NCBI GenBank assembly: GCA_041178425.1
Contig: JBEGVH010000028.1
Span: forward strand, 1 to 60,544
Direction of reading: 5' to 3'
DNA from: Pseudomonadota bacterium
GTDB taxonomy: Bacteria; Bdellovibrionota; Bdellovibrionia; Bdellovibrionales; Bdellovibrionaceae
DNA length: 60,544 nt
The notes beneath the pieces were generated by a model that did no database searches, had not been told where the DNA came from, and saw only the letters and a program-made list of their open reading frames with translations. This document shows positions 36,546 to 45,860 of this stretch, piece by piece; position 1 is the first letter of the stretch, and each line of letters starts with the position of its first letter. Position numbers and translations under genes: made by a program.

Positions 36546-39500
36546 ATGTTTCAAAAAAGTATAGTGATACTCACTTTTGCCTATTCTCTCACTTTCAGTT
36601 TGACGGGATGCCAATGGCTTGCCCAGTCGAATCGGCATATTGATCATGGAGCGAAAGGTCCGATAGCCCAACTTCTGTCGACCCGCTCCGAAGAAGGGGG
36701 CCCACTGAGAGTTCTCGTTCGGTTTCCGTCAGCACCCCTAGCAAAGACCCCCCAACTTCAAAGGGCCGATCAGCTGATTCTTATCGAAAAGGAACACGCA
36801 CAGTTCAAACAAAAGCTCTCCCAAATTTCTAACGACATTCAAATAATTTACACCTATCGAACCATTTTAAATGCACTGTATGTGGTTATTCCTGAAAAAT
36901 TCGCCGCCGAGGTAGACCCTGTTCTACCCAATGGCACTCAAGTGAGCTTAGCGGTCTCTTTTCGTCGCCCAGAAATCCTCTCTCACGAGTCCGCCACCAC
37001 CCACGATCTGAGCCAACACAATTCTGTGAAATTCATTGGCGCCGATCAACTCCACAAAGAGGGTGTTCGTGGACACAACATCAAAGTGGGTGTGATCGAC
37101 ACTGGTATCGACTACACACACTCAATGCTCGGTGGATCGGGACTCATTGCCGATTATCAAAAAATCGATCCCGCCCAGAATAATTCTCAATTTCCGAACG
37201 CAAAAGTGGTTGGAGGCTATGACTTTGTTGGAACCGACTACGACTCGGCCGCCGCAAAGCCCGCCCTACGCATTCCTAAACCGGATTCTAACCCACTCGA
37301 TGAATCGGGCCATGGCTCCCATGTGGCCGGCACTATTGCAGGGATTGGCGATGGAAAAACAAGCTATACTGGAGTGGCCCCCGATGCCGCCCTCTACGCC
37401 CTCAAAGTTTTTGGCGCCGATGGTAGCACCGACGATGCGGTGGTCATTGCGGCCTTGGAGTATGCGGCAGATCTCGACGGACAGATCAACACCAACGATC
37501 CTCTCGATGTTGTCAATCTCTCACTTGGAAGCCCTTATGGCACACCCAAACTTCTCTATAAAGAGGCCGTCGAAAATTTGAATCGAATGGGTACGATCAT
37601 CGTTGCCTCCGCTGGCAATTCAGGAAATAACGGCTATATCACTGGGGCACCAGGCGTCTCCGACGAAGCCCTCAGTGTGGCCGCCGGTATCGACGACATG
37701 GATCACAACTGGCATGTAAAGGCCGTCGAATTTCAGACTAACACGGGCGAAGAAATTCTTGGCGAAATGGCTGAATCTACCTTCACAAAAACAATCGAGT
37801 CATTCGAAAGCATTAAGGGAAAACTCGTTTATATTGGAAAAGCAGGCACTCTCACGCCGGAGCAAGCAGAGGCCCTCAAAGGTAATATCGCTCTGATCGA
37901 TCGCGGAGAGACACCCTTTTATGACAAAATAACTAATGCAAAAAAAGCTGAGGCGATCGCTGCCATCGTCATCAACGACATCGGTGGTATCCCGATGCCC
38001 ATGGGTGGAGGACGCGAGACTTTAGATATTCCAGCCATCATGATTACGATGGAAACCGGTCAAAAGATCCGCGACCTAGCAGTCAAAGGCCACTTAGTGA
38101 CGGCTGATTTAAAAACAAAAAAACAATTCGCAAAACCAGAACTTATCGATACGATCACCGGATTTTCCTCTCGTGGCCCTCGAAGCGAAGACTCCTTGAT
38201 TAAACCAGAAATCACGGCTCCCGGCTCGAAGATCGTTAGTGCTCAGGTTGGAGGCGGCACGGAGGTGACACAAATGTCTGGTACCTCCATGGCTGCGCCT
38301 CATATGGCGGGAGTTATGGCTCTTCTCAAACAAAAAAATCCGTCATTGACGCCTGGGCAAATAAAATCCCTAGCGATGCTGTCGGCGAAATCAATTCATT
38401 CCCCCGATGGGCAGACGTACCCTATCGCCCAACAAGGAGCGGGTCGAGTTCAGGTTCCGGCCGCTGCAGACACTGGCATCACCGTTGAGCCAGCCTCACT
38501 CTCTTTAGGACGGCACGAAATTCAATTGAGTAAAACCCTCGTAAAAACCCTCACATTCAAAAATCTGAGCAAAGAATCCACTCAGCTGACCCTCGAACCT
38601 TTTCTTCACAATAACGTTCAACTCTTATCACCGAGAACCATAAACTTAAAAGGGAACGAAGAAATTTCTGTGAGTCTGAAATTTCGATTAACAACACCAA
38701 ACAAAAAAGATTTTTCTCACGAGCTGGATAGTTTTTTAATCCTCAAGGACCAACGCCAAAAAACTTATTCTTTGCCTCTGCTCGCCGTTGTTTTAAAAAT
38801 GAGCGAAATTAACGCTAACCATGTGTCCGTTCATTCATCGTCAAAAAACGACAGCACCGGAAGCCTCGCCACGCTTCACCTCCTCAATAAGTCTCCACAC
38901 TCGGGCAAAGCTTATCTTTTTCACCTTCTTGGCAAAGATGCCCTTAAAGATGAGCGAGGCTTGCAAAAAAATAAATTGAGCACAGCCTGTGACCTTCAGT
39001 CGGTCGGTTTTAGAACTCTAACTTTAAAGGAGAATGGGTTTTATAAAGACGTTTTACAGATGGCTTTGAAACTCTACGCGCCGGTCACCACATGGAACAA
39101 CTGTGAGTTCTCTGTTCTGATCGACGCCAATGGTGATGGCATAGCCGAACAAGAACTCGCTGGTGTCGATCGCCGAAACACCGAAGGTCTTGGCAAGGGC
39201 ATGGCGAGCCTTCTCCTCGACGCCACTAAAACAAGAACTCTTCGCAAAGAGTACCAAGATAAAATCGAGAAAAATGAAAAAGACGTTTCCCTCGATTTTA
39301 CATCGGCGATTGAATCCACCATGGATCTTATGGATTTTAAACAATCCAGTCTCATGATTATTCAGACACCGATTGAAAAACTTAAGACTGTTCCTGGTAA
39401 ATCGCTCCGAGTGAAGGTGGCGGCATTGAGTCTCGAGATGGATGCTATCGAAAGCGATGATTTTCTTGGCGAAGGCTGGCTGGAGCTTCCCCTCAATCCT

Positions 39501-39692
39501 GAGGCTCAGACGCTTCGAGAGATTCCTAATGAGATTGAAGTCGAGGGCAATAGCGACACTTTGATCTCGATGATCAAAGGAGAGGGCGACTACCCGATGA
39601 TTTTATTTTCTCCGATGAATCATGGCACCATGGCTTCAGCGCAAGATCACCAGGCAAAAATACTGGAGCTTGTCTTTGGAGATAAAGATTAA
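36546..39692 (+). CDS. Large subtilisin-like S8 serine protease (Vpr-like, PA domain), predicted lipoprotein
   Basis: Lipobox LTGC; catalytic triad VIDTG / HGSHVAG / GTSMAAPH; PA insert GNIALIDRG...K..NA; FSSRGP and QGAGRV. Confidence 0.92.
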   Translation: MFQKSIVILTFAYSLTFSLTGCQWLAQSNRHIDHGAKGPIAQLLSTRSEEGGPLRVLVRFPSAPLAKTPQLQRADQLILIEKEHAQFKQKLSQISNDIQIIYTYRTILNALYVVIPEKFAAEVDPVLPNGTQVSLAVSFRRPEILSHESATTHDLSQHNSVKFIGADQLHKEGVRGHNIKVGVIDTGIDYTHSMLGGSGLIADYQKIDPAQNNSQFPNAKVVGGYDFVGTDYDSAAAKPALRIPKPDSNPLDESGHGSHVAGTIAGIGDGKTSYTGVAPDAALYALKVFGADGSTDDAVVIAALEYAADLDGQINTNDPLDVVNLSLGSPYGTPKLLYKEAVENLNRMGTIIVASAGNSGNNGYITGAPGVSDEALSVAAGIDDMDHNWHVKAVEFQTNTGEEILGEMAESTFTKTIESFESIKGKLVYIGKAGTLTPEQAEALKGNIALIDRGETPFYDKITNAKKAEAIAAIVINDIGGIPMPMGGGRETLDIPAIMITMETGQKIRDLAVKGHLVTADLKTKKQFAKPELIDTITGFSSRGPRSEDSLIKPEITAPGSKIVSAQVGGGTEVTQMSGTSMAAPHMAGVMALLKQKNPSLTPGQIKSLAMLSAKSIHSPDGQTYPIAQQGAGRVQVPAAADTGITVEPASLSLGRHEIQLSKTLVKTLTFKNLSKESTQLTLEPFLHNNVQLLSPRTINLKGNEEISVSLKFRLTTPNKKDFSHELDSFLILKDQRQKTYSLPLLAVVLKMSEINANHVSVHSSSKNDSTGSLATLHLLNKSPHSGKAYLFHLLGKDALKDERGLQKNKLSTACDLQSVGFRTLTLKENGFYKDVLQMALKLYAPVTTWNNCEFSVLIDANGDGIAEQELAGVDRRNTEGLGKGMASLLLDATKTRTLRKEYQDKIEKNEKDVSLDFTSAIESTMDLMDFKQSSLMIIQTPIEKLKTVPGKSLRVKVAALSLEMDAIESDDFLGEGWLELPLNPEAQTLREIPNEIEVEGNSDTLISMIKGEGDYPMILFSPMNHGTMASAQDHQAKILELVFGDKD

Positions 39693-39705
39693 AAACCAGT
39701 AGCGT

Positions 39706-40401
39706 CTAATACATCTCGGTGTAAGTGGGCCCTGATAGTGAATAGCAGGGCATGCCGTTCACTTGTTCAAAGAGCAAAGTGCCACCTAGATTGTTGGGGT
39801 ACCAGCTGGTCGTGCCGCCTGTGGTAGGATTATAAATAATCCCCTTTGCCAAACTTAAAAGAATCATCACGCCAAACTGAGAAACTGCCTGCAGCTTCAT
39901 GCTTGTCGGTCCCCAGCCTGTCATACCTGCCGAAACAACTCCCGAAGCCCAAGTTCCAGGTGTCATAGAAATAATTTGATACTGCCCCACGGGCACAGAG
40001 CAAATGAGGGGATCCACGACATTCACAGTGAGGAGGCCTCTTGCAACCACCGGTCCGGTGTAAACCGTCGGAACTTTAGGATCCATAAAATTAAAGCCTC
40101 CTCTTGGGTCACCATAAAAATCAAGACCGAGCATGATAGAGCCCGAGGCACTGCGAGAATCTGTTCCTGCAAAAATAGTCCAAGGAACATCCGCCCCGCA
40201 AGAAGGACAAAGGGCACCGGAGTAGGTTCCAGGATAATATCCTCCAGGATAGCCCGCATAAGGAGGTGGCGACGATTTTACTCTGCTATTCTGACAAGCT
40301 CCAAAGGCTAATAGGATGAGCAAGCCACTAAAAATGACCAACAAACCTTTAAGGCCATTTCTCACCTGCTCGTTCAATTTTAAACTTGAATTGTTTATCA
40401 T
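39706..40401 (-). CDS. Hypothetical Gly/Pro/Tyr-rich lipoprotein
   Basis: Hydrophobic stretch ending AFGAC; AAGGAGA RBS; 18 bp downstream of another lipoprotein gene. Confidence 0.65.
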   Translation of the reverse strand: MINNSSLKLNEQVRNGLKGLLVIFSGLLILLAFGACQNSRVKSSPPPYAGYPGGYYPGTYSGALCPSCGADVPWTIFAGTDSRSASGSIMLGLDFYGDPRGGFNFMDPKVPTVYTGPVVARGLLTVNVVDPLICSVPVGQYQIISMTPGTWASGVVSAGMTGWGPTSMKLQAVSQFGVMILLSLAKGIIYNPTTGGTTSWYPNNLGGTLLFEQVNGMPCYSLSGPTYTEMY

Positions 40402-40419
40402 ACAATTCTCCTTCGCTCT

Positions 40420-41205
40420 CTAATTTGCAAACGCCTTTGCTTGATTAAGATTCGTAAAAGTTCCCAGTTTTTGATATCCATTGTTCGGGTAAAGTGCTGA
40501 CTTCGTCATGACCGGAGTCGTTTGACAATTGTAAGGCCCGATCGATCGAAACCAGCATGGCATCGACACCGACCAGCCGCTTCCCTCGTAATAGCCAGCC
40601 CAACTGGCCGTGTAGTTTTTAAACCAAACTTCGCCGCTGAGTTCGGTGGCGCCTTGGCCATCACCGAGATCGGTGCTATTATTGATAATGAGCACAATGC
40701 CACCCACGGTATCATCAAAAAAACCAGAGAAAACGTTTTTTCCTTGATAGTTAAACCAGTAATTGAACATGTAAAAATCTTTGTTGTCGTAGGTGGTATT
40801 ATCGACCTTTAAATTACCCTGATAGGTGTTACCGCCACTCGTGTAGCGAATTTTAACGGTGCCATAATAAGTCTTCTTATTCGTGGCTTTTGTTAAGGCC
40901 ACGTTGATCAACACATCCTTAGGTTCTACCGGATGATAGGCCACCCATTGATTAAAAACTTGTGTGCTCACCGGAGTAAACTTTGTCGTGGCCCCCGTTG
41001 AAAAAATGGCTGACGGCTCTGTGACTGGCACAGAATTACCCGGTGTTTCGGGAATCGATCCTGGTGGCAGTGGTGTGGGCGTGGTCGTCGGAGTTGCTGT
41101 GGCCATTGGGTCAGTTGAAGCCGATTGTTTATACTTCCCACAGCCACTTGCGAAGATCGCAAGTGCCGGCACTATAAATAAAAGAAGTTTAACATTCATT
41201 TTCAT
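40420..41205 (-). CDS. Hypothetical lipoprotein with Pro/Thr linker and aromatic beta-rich domain
   Basis: Lipobox FASGC, TPTTTPTP linker and GGAGG RBS. Confidence 0.75.
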   Translation of the reverse strand: MKMNVKLLLFIVPALAIFASGCGKYKQSASTDPMATATPTTTPTPLPPGSIPETPGNSVPVTEPSAIFSTGATTKFTPVSTQVFNQWVAYHPVEPKDVLINVALTKATNKKTYYGTVKIRYTSGGNTYQGNLKVDNTTYDNKDFYMFNYWFNYQGKNVFSGFFDDTVGGIVLIINNSTDLGDGQGATELSGEVWFKNYTASWAGYYEGSGWSVSMPCWFRSIGPYNCQTTPVMTKSALYPNNGYQKLGTFTNLNQAKAFAN

Positions 41206-41421
41206 GGAATCCCTCCGGACCTCACCCTAGTGCTTGTGCCAAAACCATACCGAAGTGAGATAAAGGGGGTAAATTATCGATTTCACGAAACTAATGATTG
41301 GTTTTTAATACCTAAAATGCAGGGTATTGGCTTGTCTAACTCACCAGAAAATAACAATTTTTGTTCATCGCCGGCGATAACTACTGAGAGCTTTGTTCTA
41401 TTTCTTTGACGGAAGAAACAC

Positions 41422-41790
41422 CTAAAAGGTTTGGTAGGAGAGTTTTCGACTCTGTCGGAGATCATCGGCCGTTCCAGGTTCGCGATCGGCACCATCACTG
41501 ATCATCGTTAATTCCTGCCCTGAAAGCTTCCAGCGGTAGGGTGTACCCCAAAGATCTTTAGAACCACCTGTTCCGGCCTTTTCCATTTGCTTGTTAATAA
41601 ATAATCGAAACGCTTCGCCCTCTATGTTCTTAGGAAGGGAATCATTCACCGAATAAACACTCAAATAATGAAGGGTGTGATCCATTTGCGAATGCACAAT
41701 ACGCCCCTTGATTTTATTCATCGTGGGCTCGTAGGACTGGGCCCCAAAAGCCATAAGGGTGCACATCATGAGTGTCGGCATAAACCTCAC
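41422..41790 (-). CDS. GspG-like (type II secretion pseudopilin) globular-domain protein
   Basis: KDLWGTPYRW...ISDGADREPGTADDL matches the DPWGxxY...SxGxDxxxGTxDD signature; no G|FTLIE prepilin motif; GAGGTGGA RBS. Confidence 0.65.
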   Translation of the reverse strand: MRFMPTLMMCTLMAFGAQSYEPTMNKIKGRIVHSQMDHTLHYLSVYSVNDSLPKNIEGEAFRLFINKQMEKAGTGGSKDLWGTPYRWKLSGQELTMISDGADREPGTADDLRQSRKLSYQTF

Positions 41791-42155
41791 GATTCCACCT
41801 CACGATGAAAAGTCAGCAAATACACAAGACAATGCCTCAAGCGTGTTTCCCCCCAAGGATTTCGACGCTAGTCCCCAGATTCAGTTTAGGATGTTTTTGA
41901 TTGAAACACAGCCAATGAATAAACAAGGGCAAAAACTCTTATAGAAAAAACCGTAAAAGCCATTAATTATCAGAAGGTTAGATAATTCTAAAAAGCAAAC
42001 CAGCGGATCAAACTGATACAAATGGGTTTGAAAAAATTGGTAGTTCTTAATCGCATGGGCCGATCTGTCCTCAAAAATGAGAAAAATAGAGCCCAAGCTC
42101 GCCTTTCTCATTAGATCAGGGTAAAGGTCGACCACAACCTCTCAGGGGACTCATA

Positions 42156-43097
42156 ATGAAAATGACCGTATCACCACCCATCATAGGCCTTCTTTCGTTC
42201 GTCGTTTCTTTGTTTTTTAATCTTTTTGCCTTCGCGCACTCACCTACTTCCATCATTGGCGAAGGGCCCTGGAACGGGAAAGTCTACAACACTAAAACTC
42301 GTCAACTCATCTCGATGCAGGCTCTCACAGAACAACTCAAAAAAAGCGATGTGGTCGTCATCGGCGAAAAACACTACAGCGAAACCACCCAGAAGGCGGA
42401 AGCTCTTTTGATTGAAATGGGAGCTGGCCCTTTAGATGAACAAACTCCATCGTTCTCGACGGCCTGGGAATTCTTAAACTATGACCAGCAACTCTTGATC
42501 GATCAGGCCTACGATCAGTACCTTAAACGGGAGATCGACACCGACCTGTTCATGAATAAAATCCACGGTGGTAAGTATTCCTCTATGTACGGCCCCCTTT
42601 TTGAATCGACCCGTAACCTACAGGGGCAAGTTCTCGCCGTTAATCTATCGCGAGAAGCAAAAGCTCCCATCTTGGAAAAAGGCCTCGAAGGCATTGAGGC
42701 CTCTCTTATTCCACCAGATTTTGCTGTTGGGAGTTTAAACTACCACCAAAGATTCAAAGAGATCATGGCCGGTCATGGTGATGCTGCCAAAATTGAAAAA
42801 TACTACCTTGCCCAATGCCTCACCGACGATGTGATGGCATACCAGATCGAAAAGAACCAAAAAACTAAAAAGCATTTTCTCATCACCGGAAGCTTTCATA
42901 TGGAATTTAACGATGGCGTTGTCGAACGCCTTCGTACGCGAATGAAATCAGCGACCCTCACAAGCATAAGGATCGTTGATGTGAACGACTTCCTCGTAGA
43001 AGAAATTGATGATTTGATTCATGACCCTCGGTTTGGAGACATTGCCGACATCGTTTACTTTGTTCGTGAGCCTTATAACCCTCACTCCGAGCCTTAA
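42156..43097 (+). CDS. ChaN-family (heme-uptake-associated) secreted protein
   Basis: Signal peptide; DVVVIGEKH, YGPLFE, AQCLTDDVMA and TGSFH. Confidence 0.75.
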   Translation: MKMTVSPPIIGLLSFVVSLFFNLFAFAHSPTSIIGEGPWNGKVYNTKTRQLISMQALTEQLKKSDVVVIGEKHYSETTQKAEALLIEMGAGPLDEQTPSFSTAWEFLNYDQQLLIDQAYDQYLKREIDTDLFMNKIHGGKYSSMYGPLFESTRNLQGQVLAVNLSREAKAPILEKGLEGIEASLIPPDFAVGSLNYHQRFKEIMAGHGDAAKIEKYYLAQCLTDDVMAYQIEKNQKTKKHFLITGSFHMEFNDGVVERLRTRMKSATLTSIRIVDVNDFLVEEIDDLIHDPRFGDIADIVYFVREPYNPHSEP

Positions 43098-43207
43098 AAT
43101 CGGCCCGTTTAAATGCTGAGCATTAATAAAATCTAAATTGACTAGCTGTCCCCAATGATTTCTATACTGTTTCCTCAAAAACAGGGGAAAAGAGGGGAGG
43201 TAATGCG

Positions 43208-43297
43208 ATGTTCACACTTGACGATGGCCGTCTTATAGGATTTTTCGTTTTAGCGGCTGTTATGTTTTTCACGATCCGCGTGATTGCTTCAATTTAA
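43208..43297 (+). CDS. Unannotated 29-aa single-TM small protein (MFTLDDGRLIGFFVLAAVMFFTIRVIASI)
   Basis: Perfect SD GGAGGT at 43196-43201, 6 nt before the ATG; upstream TTGACT (43138)...TATACT (43163); downstream stem-loop; hydrophobic helix. Confidence 0.65.
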   Translation: MFTLDDGRLIGFFVLAAVMFFTIRVIASI

Positions 43298-43403
43298 AAA
43301 CAAAGGTCTGTCGCCGTTTCGCCTGATAATCTCAATCGAATACTTAACGATAGACCTTTTTTGTTTATCGACACATTTTTCTTTTTTTCTAATATCAACT
43401 TTA

Positions 43404-44147
43404 CTACGAGTTTTTATCTAAAAATGGTTTTACTAATTCCATCGGCAATGGAAAAACAATGGTGTTTGACTTGTCACCAGCAAGCTCTGTGAGTGTTTGT
43501 AGGTAAGCCAATTGCAAGGCCGCATTGTTTTCACTCAGAGTCTTTGCTGCTTCTGATAATTTATGAGCTCTCTCAACTTCACCCTCAGCACTGATCACTT
43601 TAGAACGGCGCTCTCTTTCGGCCTCTGCCTGTCGCGCCATCGCTCGTTGCATTTCTTTTGGCAAGTCGATGTGCTTTACTTCTACCAACGAAATCTTCAC
43701 TCCCCATGGTTCCGTCTGGCGATCGAGAATTTCTTGAAGAGCATGATTGATCTTATCTCGATTTGAAAGAAGCTCATCAAGTTGATACTGACCTAACACC
43801 GAACGAAGCGCCGTTTGCGCTAACTGGGATGTTGCAAAATAGTAGTTCTCAATTTTTACAATGGCCAATTCTGGATTGGTCACGCGAAAATAAACCACCG
43901 CATTCACTTTAAGACTCACGTTATCGCGAGTGATGACGTCTTGAGGTTGAACATCCATAGTAATAGTTCGAGTATCAACCCGAATCATCGTTTCAACAAA
44001 CGGAATAAGTAAAATCAACCCTGGCCCTCTGATTCCTGCCAAGTTTCCAAAACGCAACACCACGCCGCGATCCCACTCAGGGAGCACCTTTACCGTAGCG
44101 CTTAAAAAAATCAGCCCAATGACAAATACAACAACAAGAAATCCCAT
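43404..44147 (-). CDS. Slipin / SPFH (band 7, stomatin-like) protein
   Basis: RGVVLRFG, GPGL, QDVITRDNVS, WGVKI and MQRAMARQAEAERERR. Confidence 0.93.
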   Translation of the reverse strand: MGFLVVVFVIGLIFLSATVKVLPEWDRGVVLRFGNLAGIRGPGLILLIPFVETMIRVDTRTITMDVQPQDVITRDNVSLKVNAVVYFRVTNPELAIVKIENYYFATSQLAQTALRSVLGQYQLDELLSNRDKINHALQEILDRQTEPWGVKISLVEVKHIDLPKEMQRAMARQAEAERERRSKVISAEGEVERAHKLSEAAKTLSENNAALQLAYLQTLTELAGDKSNTIVFPLPMELVKPFLDKNS

Positions 44148-44148
44148 T

Positions 44149-44577
44149 TCAAACTCCTTCTCTTTTGCTAACTGTAATCGTTAATCCCTCGACGCTATCA
44201 ATGGTGACATCATCACCAATTTTTAATTCTTGCTTCGAACGAAAATGCCAACGTTCTCCCCGCCACTCTGCTTGACCTTCGCATGAAGAGTCTAAATGAA
44301 TCACCCTTGCCTGTTCTTTCTTTGTCGTGCTCAATTTGTGTTTCCGTCTCCAAGTATCAAGGGCTAAGTAAGCCAAAAAAGAAAGCCCGCAAAAAATAAT
44401 TCCCGCTAAAATTTGAACTCGCAAGGGGTCGTGAGAAAGTAGAGGCATATTTAACAAAAGATAGGCCCAGTAAAAACAGGCAAGCGCTCCTATGAAGAGC
44501 ATTCCTAAACTAACAATAAAGATCTCTAGACCGAGCAAGACTATTCCCAGAACGATCCAAAGACCAATCTCAATCAT
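44149..44577 (-). CDS. Short NfeD-family membrane protein (C-terminal OB domain)
   Basis: LLGLEIF TM region and GQAEWRGERW...GDDV.I..VEGLTITV; directly upstream of the slipin gene. Confidence 0.85.
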   Translation of the reverse strand: MIEIGLWIVLGIVLLGLEIFIVSLGMLFIGALACFYWAYLLLNMPLLSHDPLRVQILAGIIFCGLSFLAYLALDTWRRKHKLSTTKKEQARVIHLDSSCEGQAEWRGERWHFRSKQELKIGDDVTIDSVEGLTITVSKREGV

Positions 44578-45115
44578 TTTGTTTCCATTCTTTTAAAAGC
44601 TCCCAGGCCGGTCGCTTCAGTTTCGTTTGAAGGCTCATCATATGTGGATCAGGAATTATCCAAAAATTAAAATGGGATGACGGCTTTTCGATTTTATCCT
44701 CAAATAATAATAGTATTTTATCTGACTGCAGTTTGAGAAGCTCTACCGTTTCGCACCACAATCCCAAATCGACCTCAACCCAAGGAGCCGTTGCTGAGGT
44801 ATAACCAATAGCCGCTCGAAGTTTACCCAAAAGCTCCGATGCCGACGCATCTTCTCGGAGCGAAAGAAACCCTGAATTGATTCGAACAAAGAGGACTTCG
44901 TAATGATTTTGCGGCTGAAAAGTGCTCTCCGCCGTCCAAAGATCTTGTGAATGGAGCGACGACACCGCCGACAGGTTTTCCGTGGCTGGATTTTCTATGG
45001 TATCCGGAGTGTCTACAACTTCTTGCGAGGGAACCCAAGGAATCGATAAAAATTCCCTTAGACCAAGATTTTGATGTAAGTATGTCAAATATGAATACAG
45101 TTCCACTAAGGGCAA
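44570..45115 (-). CDS. Hypothetical protein with degenerate uracil-DNA-glycosylase-like or HolD-like C-terminus
   Basis: ASELLGKLRAAIG and PDPHMMSLQTKLKRPAWELLK resemble family-4 UDG segments, but the GE.PG and Cys motifs are missing. Confidence 0.5.
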   Translation of the reverse strand: MPLVELYSYLTYLHQNLGLREFLSIPWVPSQEVVDTPDTIENPATENLSAVSSLHSQDLWTAESTFQPQNHYEVLFVRINSGFLSLREDASASELLGKLRAAIGYTSATAPWVEVDLGLWCETVELLKLQSDKILLLFEDKIEKPSSHFNFWIIPDPHMMSLQTKLKRPAWELLKEWKQND

Positions 45116-45185
45116 AGACTAATCGATTCCTCCGGTAGGTTCAACTCCGATGTCCTCGATGATTCAGTTTGCCATTGAATTCAAT

Positions 45186-45737
45186 TTAACGATGAGCTCC
45201 AGACGTCGGGTTCTTTTGCAGCTGATTAATTTGTAAACTCATTCGATACACCTGTGCGTGCAGACTGCTCACAAGATCTTCAAGTTTGCGTAGTCTCTCC
45301 TGCAATGCGGGATCCACCGCTACCCCCTGGGTTGCCTCCGGCGCTTGAGGCAATTGAGACGATGCCTCCATTTGCCCCGTCAACGCTTTACTCAGAGCTG
45401 CTTGCCGCTGATAATGCTGCTTCACTTCTTCAAAATCGGCCATTTCGGGGTCACCCGAGGCGTGACCGCCCCCTTTTGCCTGAGGGGCTCCCACCATGCC
45501 TTTGGGCAAATTTTGTAACTGGGTCTGCAAATTCGAAAGACCGCCACTTCCTAAACCTTGTTTACTAATTGCTGTGATGGCTTCGAAATTTTTCTTTAAT
45601 CCCTTAATTTGCTGCCAAGACGGAGGAAATTTTCCTGTTAACAATGAGACCGAAACTAACATACCAAAAATAGTTACTGCCAGTGAAACGAATATATAAC
45701 GAACAAAGCCTAAAAACAATTTTCCTAATGCCGACAT
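45186..45737 (-). CDS. Hypothetical single-TM protein with C-terminal coiled coil
   Basis: N-terminal TM, GKFPP and the heptad stretch LQERLRKLEDLVSSLHAQV. Confidence 0.7.
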   Translation of the reverse strand: MSALGKLFLGFVRYIFVSLAVTIFGMLVSVSLLTGKFPPSWQQIKGLKKNFEAITAISKQGLGSGGLSNLQTQLQNLPKGMVGAPQAKGGGHASGDPEMADFEEVKQHYQRQAALSKALTGQMEASSQLPQAPEATQGVAVDPALQERLRKLEDLVSSLHAQVYRMSLQINQLQKNPTSGAHR

Positions 45738-45860
45738 ACTACAATGCTAAAGAAGATCCGTTTATTTTCCAAGGCCATTCTTTTTTACATTTCAAAAACA
45801 TTGTCCTCGCCAAGACTCGACCAAGATAGGTAGCCTTCGCCGAAGTGAAAGGAATCCCCC

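Noticed and set aside
41759..42135. Short ORFs 41759-41944 (+) and 41881-42135 (-)
   Set aside because: AT-rich intergenic sequence with no RBS or protein-like features.
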